A stretch of 64,000 nt of DNA from Bigelowiella natans CCMP2755 (taxonomy: Eukaryota; Protista; Cercozoa): the NCBI GenBank assembly GCA_000320545.1, contig ADNK01003252.1, forward strand, positions 1 through 64,000, written 5' to 3'. Shown piece after piece: positions 14,486 to 28,393 of this stretch (within the stretch, counting starts at the first letter, position 1; each line of letters starts with the position of its first letter). The notes under the pieces are model-generated. The model saw nothing but the letters and a program-made list of their open reading frames with translations. It did no database searches and had not been told where the DNA came from. A program made the translations under genes and the position numbers.

Positions 14486-15400
14486 TAGAGCCACTGCTAG
14501 CTGGCACAAACTTGTCACATGCTACTTAACTAGTGAAGCTACCGTGCTGTGTGTAACACCTTCCTCACAAAGTTCGGGGAAACGTAATATGCGACTAAAA
14601 TGCAACTTCTTCGCCTGGCATTTACAGTTAGTGTGCCCTAGTAGCACATGGACAACTAGATGCACACAGCAAGTCGAGCGTAGCACATACCATGCGCTCG
14701 GATCTGCAATATCTAGTCTGCGCATCGTGACGCGTCACATTGCGTAGTTTCTAGCTATATCAGTCAGAGAACGGGCACAACGTACGTGATTACACATTTG
14801 GTTAGACTCACATGCTGGCTATAGCTAGCTAGGTAGCACTAGAGCATGCGTTGTGATATGCGTGATATGCATGCTTCACTAGTCCATGTGAAGGTGCGCA
14901 TCGATCACCATGTTAAGGCATTTCATGTGCTACGTTAGGCAACCTGATGACAATGCGTTGCGGCTCAATAAGGGCTATACATTTGCGACGGTTTGCAAGT
15001 GAGCTACCACAGCTCTTTCTAGCTTTGTTGTGCTACGTATAGGCGCATACATGCAATGCTAGCTACGCATGTGTATTGTGACGGTGCGGATCTGCTTCGT
15101 TGCAAGTATAACTTCCGTGGGCGGATGCGACGCATTCACGTATGTTTGGAACAATGCACGAACCAGCCATGGCAGTAGTACGTTCCAACCATGCCCAGCT
15201 TCATGCGCTGCCCCAGTTGCATGCTTACATAGCGTAGCTAACGATGCACGAGCCGTCGTACAATTTTTTGTGCTGGGCATTCATAATTTAATTCATATGT
15301 GAACATGTACTACCTTCAGATCTGATTTGTATGCGTGCGCGTATTCATAGCAGTTTAACCATTCACGTCACAGCAGTGCTAAAGCGTAACGACTAGCTGA
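14480..15400. repeat. Probable non-coding repeat rich in GCTAGC/TGCA/CATG
   Basis: Composition differs from host introns. Short matches to 43530-43670, for example gcacaaa(a)cttgtcaca. Confidence 0.35.
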
Positions 15401-15683
15401 AGCTAGTAATAATTGACAATAAGAAGCAATAAGAAGCAATGATTTATTTATCTCGCGTAGTATGTAGCCGGCAAAACAATGTAAGAGCATCGACATAGTT
15501 ACAATTTTCATATTACATTGACAACATAATCTTTAATCATGTGACGTACATACACCTTTATATAATTCTATGCTCTCCACACGCAGGTGCTTAAAGCTCA
15601 TGAACATACTTCGGGGTATTTGGGATTTCCTTAGACAGATACACACAGATCGATTGATTGAGAAAGATTACTATGATCTATGA

Positions 15684-18600
15684 TCATACCATTGCTGACA
15701 TGTCCGGTGTCCTTGGACGTCTTCTTGATCCCTTACCCTTTGTTACTGGACGTCGCAACGACCTCCCCTGTGTTTCTGGAGTAAATGCTCCGCGGGGAGT
15801 GTGATGGCCGCTGTCAAGATTAGGCGTTCCAGGATTGCTATCATCGCCGACTTTGCTATCGAGCCGATAAACCTTCCCTTCAGCAGTAGGAATCACCTCC
15901 AAGATATCGTTATTTGGTGTTGTTCCTCTGATACTATCAGTTATCACAACCTGTCCTCCAATGCTCCCCCTAACCCCTCCTCCTCCTGCTTGTGATAGAG
16001 CCTGAGAGGTGCCTATTCTAATGGAATCCATGGGCAGAGGACTCACGTTTTGTACGGGAACCACAGGGGTCATTTGAACCACGTTCTTTTCTACAAATTG
16101 TCGGTTATCACCTTTAGGTGACTTGTTGCACTGACGGTAAACACATATTCCGATTACAACTCCCACGATCACACCAACAATTGCACCGACGATGACTATC
16201 ATTGATCCACCGCCCCCACCGCCCCCACCTGATGCACTTGCTACTGTTGCTGGAGGATCAGTCGGTTGTTGCGTTGGTGAAGGCGTGATCGCAGTTGTTG
16301 GCGAAAATGTCGCTGGTACGTAGGTAGTTTGGACAACCGGGGCACCATATCTCGATGTATTAAAACCTGAATTTGCTGTAAATATAGCTTGGGGAGCAGT
16401 AGTCGCCTGTGTTGCTGCAGATTGTGCCATCGTCGTGTTTGTAGTTCTAATCTCGCTGTTTACCACTGTGCTGCCTGTTTCGTATCCAAGAATAAAAATC
16501 AAATCTTCTGGCACCTCTATAGAGCGAGAAAGCGCCTCTTTGTAATTGTCCTCGAATTCAGTCTGTTCTGTAGGGGTCCAAACCCGGTAATCAATGTTGG
16601 CAAACGTAGCTTTAATCTCCACCTTTTGCACTAGCTCAGGTGTTGGATAGCGGGTTGGCGATTCGATTGGGGTGAACGTTGGCAACGGAGTTGGAGGTGT
16701 TGATGTAGGGCGACGGGTAGGCTCTGGTGTTGGCTCTGGTGTTGGCTCTGGTGTTGGCTCAGGTGTTGGCTCAGGTGTTGGCTCAGGTGTTGGCTCAGGA
16801 GTTGGCTCAGGAGTAGTAGTGGGGGAGACTGTAGCTCCAACTGATGTAGGGTCAGGAGTTGGCTCTGGTGTGGGTGCTGGTGTCGGATTAGGTGTTGGCT
16901 GTGGTGTCACCGCATTTGTAGGCTGATTCGTTGGAGAAGAGTTTGATACACAAAGCTTATTTTCACAAGTCGTGAAACCATTAGGGCACTGTGAGCATGA
17001 GGTCCCTTGCGTGTAGACCAGCTGGCTACCAACATTTCCGCCGTACCCATATATGCAGACCCAAAATAGGTTGTATGTCGGTAACCCAGTTGCTTTTGCA
17101 CATCCCAATAGATACGAATTATGCCAAAGACATTGAGTCATGTGGCCACCGTTGCTCCTGGAATAATCTTGATTTTGAGAATACCGTTCACTTTCTACCC
17201 AGCCTTGCATTACCGCAGCGACTGTTTGTTGACCCGCAGCAATATTTTCACCATGATATCCACTGAAGACTCCATTGTCAAACGTGCGGAAAGCTTGCGA
17301 ACTGTGCTCGAACACAAGTTTATCTGCCACTTCCTTTGCTTTCTGCGCGATCGCATCATTCCAGACCATCTTCATCATGTTCGCAGCGTCTGGGCTGACA
17401 GTGCGGCGATCTTCATTGTGCAGATCCAAAAAAGAATCGATCTCTGCCTGGGTTAGACCAACAGTTCCTGGCGTTGGAGGAGAAGTTGGAGCTGATGTAG
17501 GAAGGGGAGTCGGAGCTACCGGACTTGTCGTTGGGTTCAGAGGCGTCGGATTAAGCGTTGCTGTTGGGCAGGTTGTTGGTGTAGCAGTAATTGGAGAACC
17601 AGTCACTGGCGAGGCCGTTGGCACTTTGACTGTCGGTGCGTTTGTGCCCGGGCAGGTGAAGCTAGAATCGTCGCACAAGTCGATACTCACATGCTTGCCT
17701 TCCTCGTCGCGACAAGTCTTGCCTTGGCTGGTGCACGCAAAGTGATAGAAACGAATGATAGAGCTTGTAACGCATGTGCCGTTCCCAGTGTCTGATGTAG
17801 CACGGCATTGCATGTTGGTTCCGCATGGTGTTCCACTCGCAGCACCACTTCCGGAGCTCTGATAAGAAAAACCATTTGTCGTAGAGCACCACATCGTATC
17901 AGTGCAAATGTTGCTTCCTCCAAGGTCCTTCCATTTAGGATAGTTGGAGTTTCCACAGTTATCAGAGCGACTTTTGCAATCGCCCTTGTAGCAGTATCCG
18001 CTCTCGCTGACACCCAAGTCCGTGACATCATTGCATGTCGTTCCGGTCTTGTTAAACAAGTTCGTTGGGCACTGCCCACTCGATCCAGTGCATGTTTCCG
18101 GGAAATCACATTCTGGACTTGTCGCATTGCGACAGACGTGCGAGCTAGACATGAACTGGCCTGTGCTGCTGCAGCAAGGCTCAGTAGTACCGCATTGGCA
18201 ACCAGAAGCAAGCGTACAATCGGAATTGCAGCAAGTGTCGGAATCAAACTGATCGTATCCTACATCGCACTGCTCGTTGCCCTCTATAAAACCGTTTCCA
18301 CAGGTGTGGGTCTTGTAGCCGTCCACTCCGCTGTCATTCTCCATACAACGGCTCAGCTGACTGCCGTACTTGCTTGTGAAGAAGGTATTAGCATATCCCT
18401 TACTCTGCGAGGTAAACGAGTACAGCGGCGTTGGAGAGACGGAGGAAGACATAATCCCCTGGCCAGTGGACGAATCATGGCTCATACCGAAGTTATGGCC
18501 AAGCTCATGGGCGACGATGGACGCTGTGTAGTACGCAGACTGGAAGGTATCTTGGTTGACAGCTGCAGAGTTTGAGCCACATAAAGTGCCAACCCACGCT

Positions 18601-21137
18601 AGACCGACGGTGGAGCCGCTGAAATCCCTACCTGAGATGAGGTGAGCGTTGTCAATCTCACCAAACACGGCCTGCAGACCAGATGCGTGATCGGTGCGGG
18701 TATACGATGTGAAGCTGCTGAGAAGCGAGTTTGCCGACACCTCTCCTGTTGCAGCGGTGTACGTAAATCCACTTGGATTTGCAGATCTGAACGTGAGTAT
18801 GCCCTGCAGACGCAGCTTCACGTAGCAGTTAAACGTTGAGCTGTCATGAAGTCCAGGATAGTTTTGTCCTTGGTATGTTCCGCCATAGTACAGGTAATAC
18901 ACGTATGTGAAGATTTGCACTGCGCGCATTTCAGTATCAGGCCCTCTCATAGCGTACGCGGCAGCATCGTTAACCTTTTGATGAACATATGATTAGTAAA
19001 TATTGAGAATGTTGAACTTAATTTCTAATAAAAATTACAAGCAGCCAGTCGAGATATTTTGTTTCCCCAGATTGACAATCGCTTGCAGTTTGAAGTCCAA
19101 CGTTGTTTCGAACATTTTTAAGCTGCGTGTGGAAATCCGTAGATATATATGACGCATGCTCATCTGTATTCCCGCACTAAAAGATTACAAAGTTTAAAAT
19201 GAGTCATTGGTTGATTGGGGATGAGGTTAGTATTCTTAAACAACATACAGTGTGTTTTTCTTCGGTCTTATGATCCTTAACATCCACAATGACATGGCGT
19301 TTCATATCCTTAAGATATCTAAGATTATAAATAATAAAATACACGATAAGCGGTAGATAAATATATACCGTTAGAAATGCAGATATATTAGTATTGAATT
19401 ACTGTATCTCAAATGTTCCTCCTGGATGACGAATGACAGCATCTATGCCGCCTCTACAGGAACTTATTAAAGCATCTCCTTGAACATCTCCGGTAGTTGA
19501 GTTGACCACACCTTTTCGTAAGTCGTTAAGGATTACTTCTTGGACCGGCTAAGCTTTCTTCTTCCCCCCCCCCCCCTCCCCCCCTCTCTCTCTTTTCTCT
19601 CTCACACTCACTTATTCACACATCTACTCGCATATACAAGTAGGGAGAGAAGGGGAGAGAGAGAGAGAGAGAGTGAGAGAGAGTTTAACACGAAAATATA
19701 CGAAATACATACTGGAATGAATTTTCTGAAGCTTACTTACCGACATAATAACAGGTTGGTATTCCGGGCTTACTAAACACTACGTTTCCGTCAGCATCCA
19801 TAACAACTTCTTTGTAGTCATGATGAAAGAAATTCGTCTTTCGTTTTGCAATGATTGTAAATGAATGGCCATGTGCATTGAAGTGCAGGTTCAACATTTC
19901 TGCGTGACCTAAGACAAACCGATTTTTTTTTAAGTATGGGAAATGGATTTCTTCCATATTAATCTGGATCGTTAAAGCACTTACCTTCTGATGTAGTTTC
20001 TCTTTGCTCTCCCACATCAAAGAGCTTGACTGTCTCAGGATGGTTAAGATGGAAAATATCAACATATTCGAAGTAGCCTGCTTCGCTCCGAATATCATTG
20101 CGATTAAGTTTCTGCAGGGTTGTTTTGCGACGATGAGAGCGATCGCCTTGTTCACCTTCATGATGGCGATGATGATTGAAGGAATGATGATGATCATGAC
20201 TATGACTGTGCGTCTCTTCGTTATGATCTTCGTTTCCACACTGCAAATGAATTCATGGTTAGGTCAAGGTCAAATCAAGATGAAGATAAGAATATTTACC
20301 TTATGCACTTCGTCTGTCTGATGGTGCTTCATATCCACGATAACGTGCTGGTCATCGTCTCTCAGATACCTGATAAAGTTGGGAATCATTATAAGTTCTC
20401 TCGTCCCATCCTCTCTATGGTGCACACTTACTGAATCTCAAAAGAGCCTCCCTCATGGCGAACCATAGCATCAATACCGCCTTTGCAGGTACTAAAAGCA
20501 ACATGCCCATTTTCATTTACTCGTCCTTCGTAGAAACAATCTGGAGCGCCGACTTTAGTGAAAACAATTTCGTCACCGTCCATCTGTATCTCTTTGTAGT
20601 CCTCGTGGAAGAAATCGCGCTTCTTCGTTGCTTCAATGTGGAAAGCCTTACCAAAAGCGCTGAAACTAAGGTCAAGAGCTTCTGGATGGCCTTTTCAAAA
20701 GTAGGATAAGAAATTTTCAAATAGTGCTACTTATATTGATTTTCTCTACTGTAAGCCCTGCAGAATTGAGTACCTGTGAAATCCGTTCCTGAAACACCCT
20801 GCAGCCGCAACACAGGAGCCATCTTCGATGGATGATTCAGGTGGAAAATATCTAAGTACTCAAACTGAGAAACCTCACTGCGAATATCTCGGCTATGGTA
20901 CTGGGACATAGACGCTGGCTCGCCAAGAAGCGTTGGCCCGTCGTTGTGGTAGGTATAACCAGGAACATCTTTGTGGGTATGTACATGATGTTCATGATCG
21001 TGCTCATTGCCATGAGCGTGAAGATGATCCTCATGGTATTCATGTTCAGTTTCTCTGGAATCGCCATCGATAGAGTATGCATAGACCAGGCATACACCTG
21101 TAAACAGGCACGACAGCCTCGTACCTAAACCCACCAT
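15684..21137 (-). CDS. ADAM/reprolysin (M12B) metalloprotease: signal peptide, two prodomains, catalytic domain, disintegrin-like region, CAP/SCP domain, PT/PEPT stalk, transmembrane helix, cytoplasmic tail
   Basis: HELGHNFGMSHD zinc motif (~18474-18509) with GIMS Met-turn. CGNGFIEGNEQCD...ECDFPETCTGSSGQCP is disintegrin-like. LDLHNEDRR...GENIA...GHMTQCLW...WVCIY is a CAP domain. TM segment IVIVGAIVGVIVGVVIGICVY. Signal peptide MVGLGTRLSCLFTGVCLVYA at 21137. Last exon is the 15684-18950 ORF. Confidence 0.9.
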
Positions 21138-21699
21138 GCAAATTTCGATGTTAATCTACTTGCGTGTAGATCTAGATCTAATTGAGATTTATTACATGTT
21201 CCTCGGTAAAGTGGATTGTTCCATGGAAACGGTCACTTGCGTTTGTGTAGTAGAGCCGTTATCATTCTCAACAAGTATCTCAGCAACAAAAATACGAAAC
21301 TTAAAGGCCATCCACCATCGATTTTTCGAAATTAATTAATTCTTTCTTATTTGGTTTAATTCACTTGGTCTAATCTACGACATATTTTTCCTCTATGTCG
21401 CTGCCAAGAATAGGACCGCGCTTCTGACAACGGGATTGTGAAATTTGGGTAAAATCGCAGATCGAGCTTCTTCAGCATCTTCCAAAAATAGACTCACACA
21501 ATTAACGTAACTTTTAAATTCGTTTCGTGTAGACGAGATTGCAACAATGTAAAGTTTCAAGCTCATTTTCAATGAAATCTCCGATCAGTGTGTCTTTTTC
21601 ACAATTTTAATAAGTGCCCAAGAAGTCTTAACATTGCTCCGAATTCCACTCATCCACGCACACGGAGAATTAGTGGCACTTGAACTTCAAGAAGAGCTG

Positions 21700-24062
21700 C
21701 ATTTGTGGGTTTTTTTTCATTTGTTTTTGTTGCTTTCAAGTCTCTCCCTTCCAAACACATTGCATTGAGACAGCTTTCCGCGGAACCTCCGCATTTTGTC
21801 CCTCATGAAAGTGCTCACAAATCCACGGGTGGTTTTGCATCCCTTGTTCCGGCTCCGGCGCTTCAGATGGGTAGCCATGGCAACTTCATCCCTTCACGCG
21901 GCTTTTTTGGAGCCTCTGATGGGTTGTTAGCTGGTTTTCATGTCTCATCACCAACAGGGTGCTGACAAGTCCTTGCAACGAGCAACGCTTTGTTCATTGT
22001 TCATTGTTCATTGAGTGTTGTTGAGGCTCTGCTGCACGCAAACGCCTGTCTCCCATGTGGTTCTGGCGCATGTGGATTTGATCAACGCTTTGTTCATTGT
22101 TCATTGTTCATTGCACACCCATGATTGCGCAGAACGGCTCGGTGGTTTGGTGCCCCAACAAGTTCAAAAAGTGGTTCGCGCACTGCAACGACTGGCAGGA
22201 CTGGTCACAGCTAGAACTTGGTGAAATTCCACAACTTGCTCCGAAAACATTCGGACCAAAGACCATGCAGAAATCTTCGGACATCTTCGGATCTTCGGAT
22301 GTCTTTGGGACGTTCCCACGTGTCATTCTTCGGACACGTTCGGACACATTCGGAAATCACAAGAGACAAAATGATCTTCGGACACACTCGGACAATTCGG
22401 ACAGTTTCAACATCCCCTGCAGGGATTTTTCATGAAATCTCATGTGGTGAAAACGCACGAATTTTGTTTCAAAGACATCCAACAGGTGTTGCATCTTTGA
22501 ACATTGAAATTTGAGCAGACTCGCAAACCCCAAAAATTGCGCTGCCCAAAAGCGGATCTTGTGCACATTGTTTTCGCACGAGTGCTCGATTCAATGTTGC
22601 ATGAATTCAAGTTCAATTCGCCTGCTGCGTGGACGTGGCCGGCGAAATTCCACACGCCACTTTGTCAAAGCTGCGCTAGCTGGCCAGACTAGCAGAGCGC
22701 ATCGTGGCGCGCGTTCGAACACCTTTGTGTTTTTTTGGGCTCCAGCTCGTCGAAAGAAGCTGGAATGCCAGAGTGGGATGGATGGCTGAATGGCCCACTT
22801 CATCATTTTTCATGAAAAATCATCACTTTTTTCAAAACCACAATGAGTCGTCATCTGATCATGCGCACGCACAATCCAGGTCAAAATGCCAAAGTTGTTT
22901 CAGCCCCAGAGCTTGCTTGCAACTCCCAAAATTGATTCAACGAATGGCTGTCGATGGAGTGCCAGAGTGCCCGACTGACCCGACACGTCTGTGTCTGGCT
23001 AGCTGTCCAGCTCCAGAGCTGTGAACATCAGTCGAGCTTGTTTGTGTCGGCATTTCAATTTTTCAAATTTTCTTGAATGAAACTTGGCACTGTGATGCAC
23101 GTGCACGCACCGTGTTCGCTAGTTCGATGAAAACTTGGCGGTCGATCGATCCAACAAATTGCAAGTCGTTGGCTGCACGCATGCCGCCAGCTAGGCACGA
23201 ATGTGTTGCAGCGTGCATGGTGGGTGCACGCGCACACGCATGTGCGACACACGGACACACCTCAAAAAATGCTGGAGCGAATGCTTGTCGCGGATGCGCA
23301 ACGTGCAAAATGGTGGACGTGTGGTGATCATCACACGTGTGTTGCACGTTGGAACGTTTTTGTGTGGGCGCCCTTCCTCACCATCCAACGTTGCATGCAT
23401 TGCATTGCGTTGTCTGTGATCAGAGCTGGGTGCAAATGGTTTTTTCCATTTGGAAACATTTTTGTTTTTTCTGCACAAGTGCCAGAGTGTTCGATTTGAA
23501 CAAACAATGCCCACGTGACGGGAAACTGGCATTCGATTCGTTCAATGATGGACATGTGACATCACACGTGCATCACGTGTGTCATTGCTGTGTCTGTGAT
23601 CAGTGCACTGATGTCAGACATGTGACATCATCTAGTCATGCATGTGTTGTGCGCGCTGTCACTGTGCAACTGTGTCTGCAATTTCAAACAATGTTCGAAC
23701 TCAGAAAAATGTTTGCAAACATTTTCCTGTGGAATTGTTCATTGCAAACAATTTGAAACGTTTTCGAATGGTCACTGAAACAACTTGTGCGCTGCACTTG
23801 CCGTGCACTTTGTCACTTGTCACCCTCATCGTGCTCACACACTTGAGCAGCGCAATGTTGCTGCAGCCTTTCACTCTTGTGCGCAAGTGCTTTGATCTTG
23901 CATGCTTGTGTGACATGCGTGGCCGATTGCATGGGTGGTCATGCAGCCTGAAGGGCCACAGAGCGCACCGCTAGACCGGGTCGAAGGCACACATGTTCTC
24001 TGAGACACACGTGGTTTGTTTGGACGAACGTGCACACTTCACAAATGAACGTTCACTTTGAT
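21700..24062. repeat. Unclassified TpA-depleted repeat or TE remnant
   Basis: TA almost absent except in CTAG. Internal tandem units: ttcgga repeats at ~22250-22400, and caacgctttgttcattgttcattg twice at ~21984 and ~22083. No recognisable protein. Confidence 0.5.
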
Positions 24063-24281
24063 CAGCATCAGACATGTGCGCGCATTGCTTTGATTCGGAG
24101 AGCTCCAACAATGGACATCTGTGACATTCACCAGCTGAGGGGATTTGCAGCAGGGGCTTCCGACATTGCCGGGGGGCCGCCCCAAACAATTCACCGGCAT
24201 GCATGCTTCAGGTGAAATTGGCCAAGATGCATGCACACGGCTGATCAAACGGTCATCAAAAGATCACAATCCAAACAACCA
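24063..24281 (+). repeat. 5' LTR of copia A, shared part (may extend to ~24371)
   Basis: 219-bp near-identical match to 36512-36730. The PBS-like motif lies ~90 bp further downstream. Confidence 0.8.
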
Positions 24282-25958
24282 TTTGCCACGCATGCACGCT
24301 GCTCTTGCACACGGCTCGCCCCGCGTGGAGTCTCGGTGAGTGCAGCACGGCGCATGGCTGGAACATTGCAATTGGTCATGAGCCTCAATGACAACACGCT
24401 CAAGAGACTGCCAGTTCTCAAGTGCAACGTTCGCTCTTGCAAGAATTTCACTCCACGTTGCAAGGCCCACTTTGCGCAAGACGACGACCTCCACGATGTC
24501 ATGGAAGGAACGTTTTGGGACAACAATGGATGTGCTGGACACATCATTCATCTGCCTCTCTCTCGTGACAAGACCAGAGGGGCGACAAAGGCCAAGTGTG
24601 AACTCAAAACGCCTGAGAAGAAGAAGCATGGTGAACACGAGCAGGATTCAGACAAGGATGAGGCAGGAGGAGGCCCCTCTGAGGATTCACTCAAGCGATG
24701 TCAGAAGGCCAATGGGAAGACATGCTCCACTCTCGTCCCTGGCACATCAGAAGAATGTGACAAGGTGCTTGATGGAGTTGGGGAAAGGGATGGCAAAGGA
24801 CTCTGGGACGCGATCGTCAAGGAGTTCGATCACCCTGCCCGGGCAAACGTTAGACGCACACTCAAGAACTGTTTCCAGTTGACCCAAAAGAAGAACGAAG
24901 CCATGTCCGATTGCGTCCATCGATCCAATGAGTTGACAAACACCATCGCATCACACGGGATCAACATCGGGCAGGAAATGAGGCTTGCAGTTCTTTTGTC
25001 CGGACTGGCGCCCAGGTTCGCGGAAACAAGGCTCACTCTGGAATTGGATGAAACAACCACATGCGAACCTGCCACCGTGAAACCAAAGGATCACGACACT
25101 CAGGAATTCACTTGCACCAAGAAAAAGGGAGACGACTCCGGTGCCACTGCCTTTTCCATCGAATCAAAGAAACCAATCGGGCCGAAGTCTGCCAAGCCTC
25201 CCCGAGACCATTCGAAATGCAAGTGCCACGCTTGTGGTGAAACCGGTCATCTGCAAAGAAACTGCCCCACGAGGAAGGACCTCAAGTGTTCGCACTGTTC
25301 AAAGAGGGGACACTTGGAGAGCGCATGCAGAAAGAAGGCACGAGACGATGAGATCCGAGAAGCGAAGAACCACAGCTGTGTCGTGGAGGGTGAAGACGTG
25401 GCCTTCACGATGTCCGGACTGATTGACTCGGACCCCTCAGCTGAGCCGAGCTTCGCACTGTCGACTTGGGGTGTGCCTCCGTTTGCAGCCGGGGATTCAT
25501 TCACCGATGATTTTTTTGATTTTTTCGGGGATTCGTCTCCGAATGTCCGGAACCCAGCAACACCCGAAACACCTTTCGAACTTCCAGGTGTTTCCTTGGT
25601 TGTGGGATCGCTCGACCGCCCTGCGGGGAACGCTCTTGTGGAGCCACGCGGACAAGATTCCGAGCCCGCTCTTGCCCCGGACAATTCGATTCGCCCATCT
25701 CGCTCGAATTCGGAATCCGAACACGACGATGCCATTTTTCGAGCAACCATGCCGAGCTCGCATCCGACATCGAAACGAAGGCGACTCCACGACCCTTCCT
25801 CTTCCGAGGCACGTGCGGCATCTCACGACCCAAGCAACACCATGAGCCATTGGACAATTGATTCGGGTGCGACTCTTGACATCTGCAATGATCGAAAGGC
25901 CATTTCGTGCCCGGAGCCAACATCCAAGCACGTCAAGGTCGCTGATGGGCGTTGCATC
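24231..25958 (+). pseudogene. Copia A gag-protease, mutated and interrupted
   Basis: CHACGETGHLQRNC and CSHCSKRGHLESAC zinc knuckles, and IDSGAT protease motif. The 657-aa ORF has no Tyr. Confidence 0.85.
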
Positions 25959-26730
25959 TGTGATTGTCCCTCTGCGCCGCGCTTGCGCCCGCAACACGTC
26001 GCGCAACATCCGAACAATCAACGGAAAGTGCAAACCGGCGCCGTCGCCGGTGTGATTCCTGCCCAGTCTCAACAATTGCGAATGCCAGAACTCCGTCTCG
26101 CACCGACACCTCCCTGGGGTCGTTGCTTGCTCTTCGTTCTCTTCGCATCTCTGCCTCCACTTCCTTTCGGCCCACCGCCGTTCAGTTCAATTGCGGAGGT
26201 GTGATTGCCGTTTGCCCACTGCAATCCCCTCCGTTCACTTCCCTCTCTGTCGATTTCCTGGACTCAATTTGATGTGGAGGCAATCCCCTCCGTTCACTTC
26301 CCTCTGTGTCGATTGAACGGAGGCAATCCCCTCCGTTCAATCCCCTCCCTGTTGACCACTTGTTGACAATGACAACAAACTTGCTGCTCCTGTCGCAGCC
26401 CCCTTTGGCAACTGACTTGTCACCCCCGTGCCATTGCGACAACCGCTTGTCGTGATGACGACCATTGCGACAACCGCTTGTCGCAATGTGACAACAACGA
26501 CAATGATGATGACCGTGACGACAACCGCTCGTCGCAATGATGACCGGTTGCGTCCCAAGCGCCCCCTGCCAACGGGCCGCCAAACAGGCGCCAATGCAGG
26601 CGCCAATGTGACCAAACAGGCGCCAATGTGGGCGCCAATGTGATGACAACAGGCGCCTGTGCGCGCCACGCTGTGTCCGTCATGACCAGGCGCGACGTGT
26701 GTTTGTGCATCAGGATGATGCATGACTGCA
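25959..26730. mobile_element. 772-bp solo LTR inserted in the copia A protease region
   Basis: TG...CA termini and TSD GCATC at 25954-25958 and 26731-26735. Removing it restores the frame VADGRCI|TASPKGTVGAFKGVH. Contains internal tandem repeats. Confidence 0.82.
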
Positions 26731-27600
26731 GCATCACAGCCTCTCCAAAGGGGACAGTCGGTGCATTCAAAGGTGTGCATTGCTGCCCCGAGAGTTCTGT
26801 TGATTTATTGTCTGCAAGCAAGACTGATCGATGGTGGATGTTCTGTCAGGTTCCATTCCGGAGAGTGCACCATTCAAGGCGACGCCCAGACGCACGCAGC
26901 ACGTCTGAGCGGCGGCCCATGTCGCATGCCTCTCACTCATGGAACACCTGCCGATCAAGCGCTCGCAATCACGAACTCGCCAAGCAGTGCCAGACTTTGG
27001 CACTTGCGGCTGGGGCATGTCTCGAATGAGCGCCTGTCATCTCTGTCCAAATTGGGCATCATCCGAGGCTTGACCTCACTCGGGACGCCATGCGCCGCAT
27101 GCCTTTCTGCGAGTCGTGTGCCCTGGCCAAGACTGGACACGCTTCGTTCAACAAAGTGGCCAGCAGTCGCCCAACTCGGATCTTGCAGACCACGTGCGCT
27201 GATGCATGCGGACCCGTGCCAGCGTGGCGACCAAATCCCTTGCTGGTGCCAGTCGTCATGTCACATGCTTTTGCGGCTGCAGCACGCGCCCCTGGGTGTT
27301 CTTCGTGTGTTCGAAAGCCCGTGCATCCCTGGAGCTCCTCTCCTTTCTCAAGACTGTCCGCGGCCCGCGCGGCGAAAGACGCCACACCCTTGTCACTGAT
27401 GGGGGAGAATTCGACTCGGATCACTTCCGTGAGTCCCTGGAACACACGGGTTTCAGCGGGCTTGCGGTGGCTGCTGGTGCTTGTGCGCGGGACTGTGTTG
27501 TTGACGTGGCAAAGTCAACACGCGGTCTCGTGTGCTTTTGAATTCTGATGATGACTTGTGACTTGCGCTGCACGCATGTGCGCATTGGATTCCGGCGCAT

Positions 27601-27772
27601 TCGCGAAGATTCTCGAATCTTCCAGAATTCTCTCGAATTCTCTCGAGTGTTCTGGAAGATTCCCGAAGTTTCCGGAACGCTCTCGAAGATTCTGGAAGTG
27701 TCTCGAATCTTCCGGAGTGTTCTCGAAGCTTCTGGAAGATTCTCGAAGATTCCCGAAGTTCTGAGAACTTCC
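27601..27772. promoter_or_regulatory. Heat-shock-element-like array (alternating nGAAn/nTTCn) in the LTR; also at ~33853-34024 and ~1033-1235
   Basis: GAAgaTTCtcGAAtcTTCcaGAA... with 10-bp periodicity, about 30 pentamers. Matches the HSF consensus; function is inferred. Confidence 0.6.
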
Positions 27773-28393
27773 ATGCGCACGTGCGCAGCGCAGCGTGCAG
27801 CACGAGTGCACGTGCGCATGCTGCGACAGCTCCTTGATCGTGGGTGGCGCGGCCAGACCGCTGACACGCCCCCATGGACGTGGTGACCACGATCAGAGTG
27901 CTGATGTGCACGTGCCATTTCTGCCATGGTGACAGAACTTTTGCACGGTGCTGCACATGGACGCCATTCCCAAAGGTTTCGGAGTCCGAATGGTTGACAA
28001 AATTTTGCCGACCAAACATCGCACCACCAGACGCCTGAAACTCTGTGCAGAGGCACAAAATTCCCAGGCTTGCAACTGGGCAAGGTGCCATGGGCATGGT
28101 GCACTCCGAAATCGGCAGGAAAAATTCTTGCCTGACTGGGCAAGGTGCCACCATTTCGGTACGAACTGGGACTTGTCCAAAAAAAAATCAAAATTTTTTT
28201 TTTTGGACGACACCAGTGTGCTTCCAGAAAAAATTCTGGAATCCCTCACGTGCTTCCAGAAAACATTCTGGAACGTTCTGGAACGTTCTGGAACACCGAT
28301 CTGGTTTCCCATGGTCAGGTCCCCAAATTCAGGAACTTCGATCGACCGTGCTTTTGACTCTTCACCTTGCCCCACCTCTCGTGATGAGGCGAG

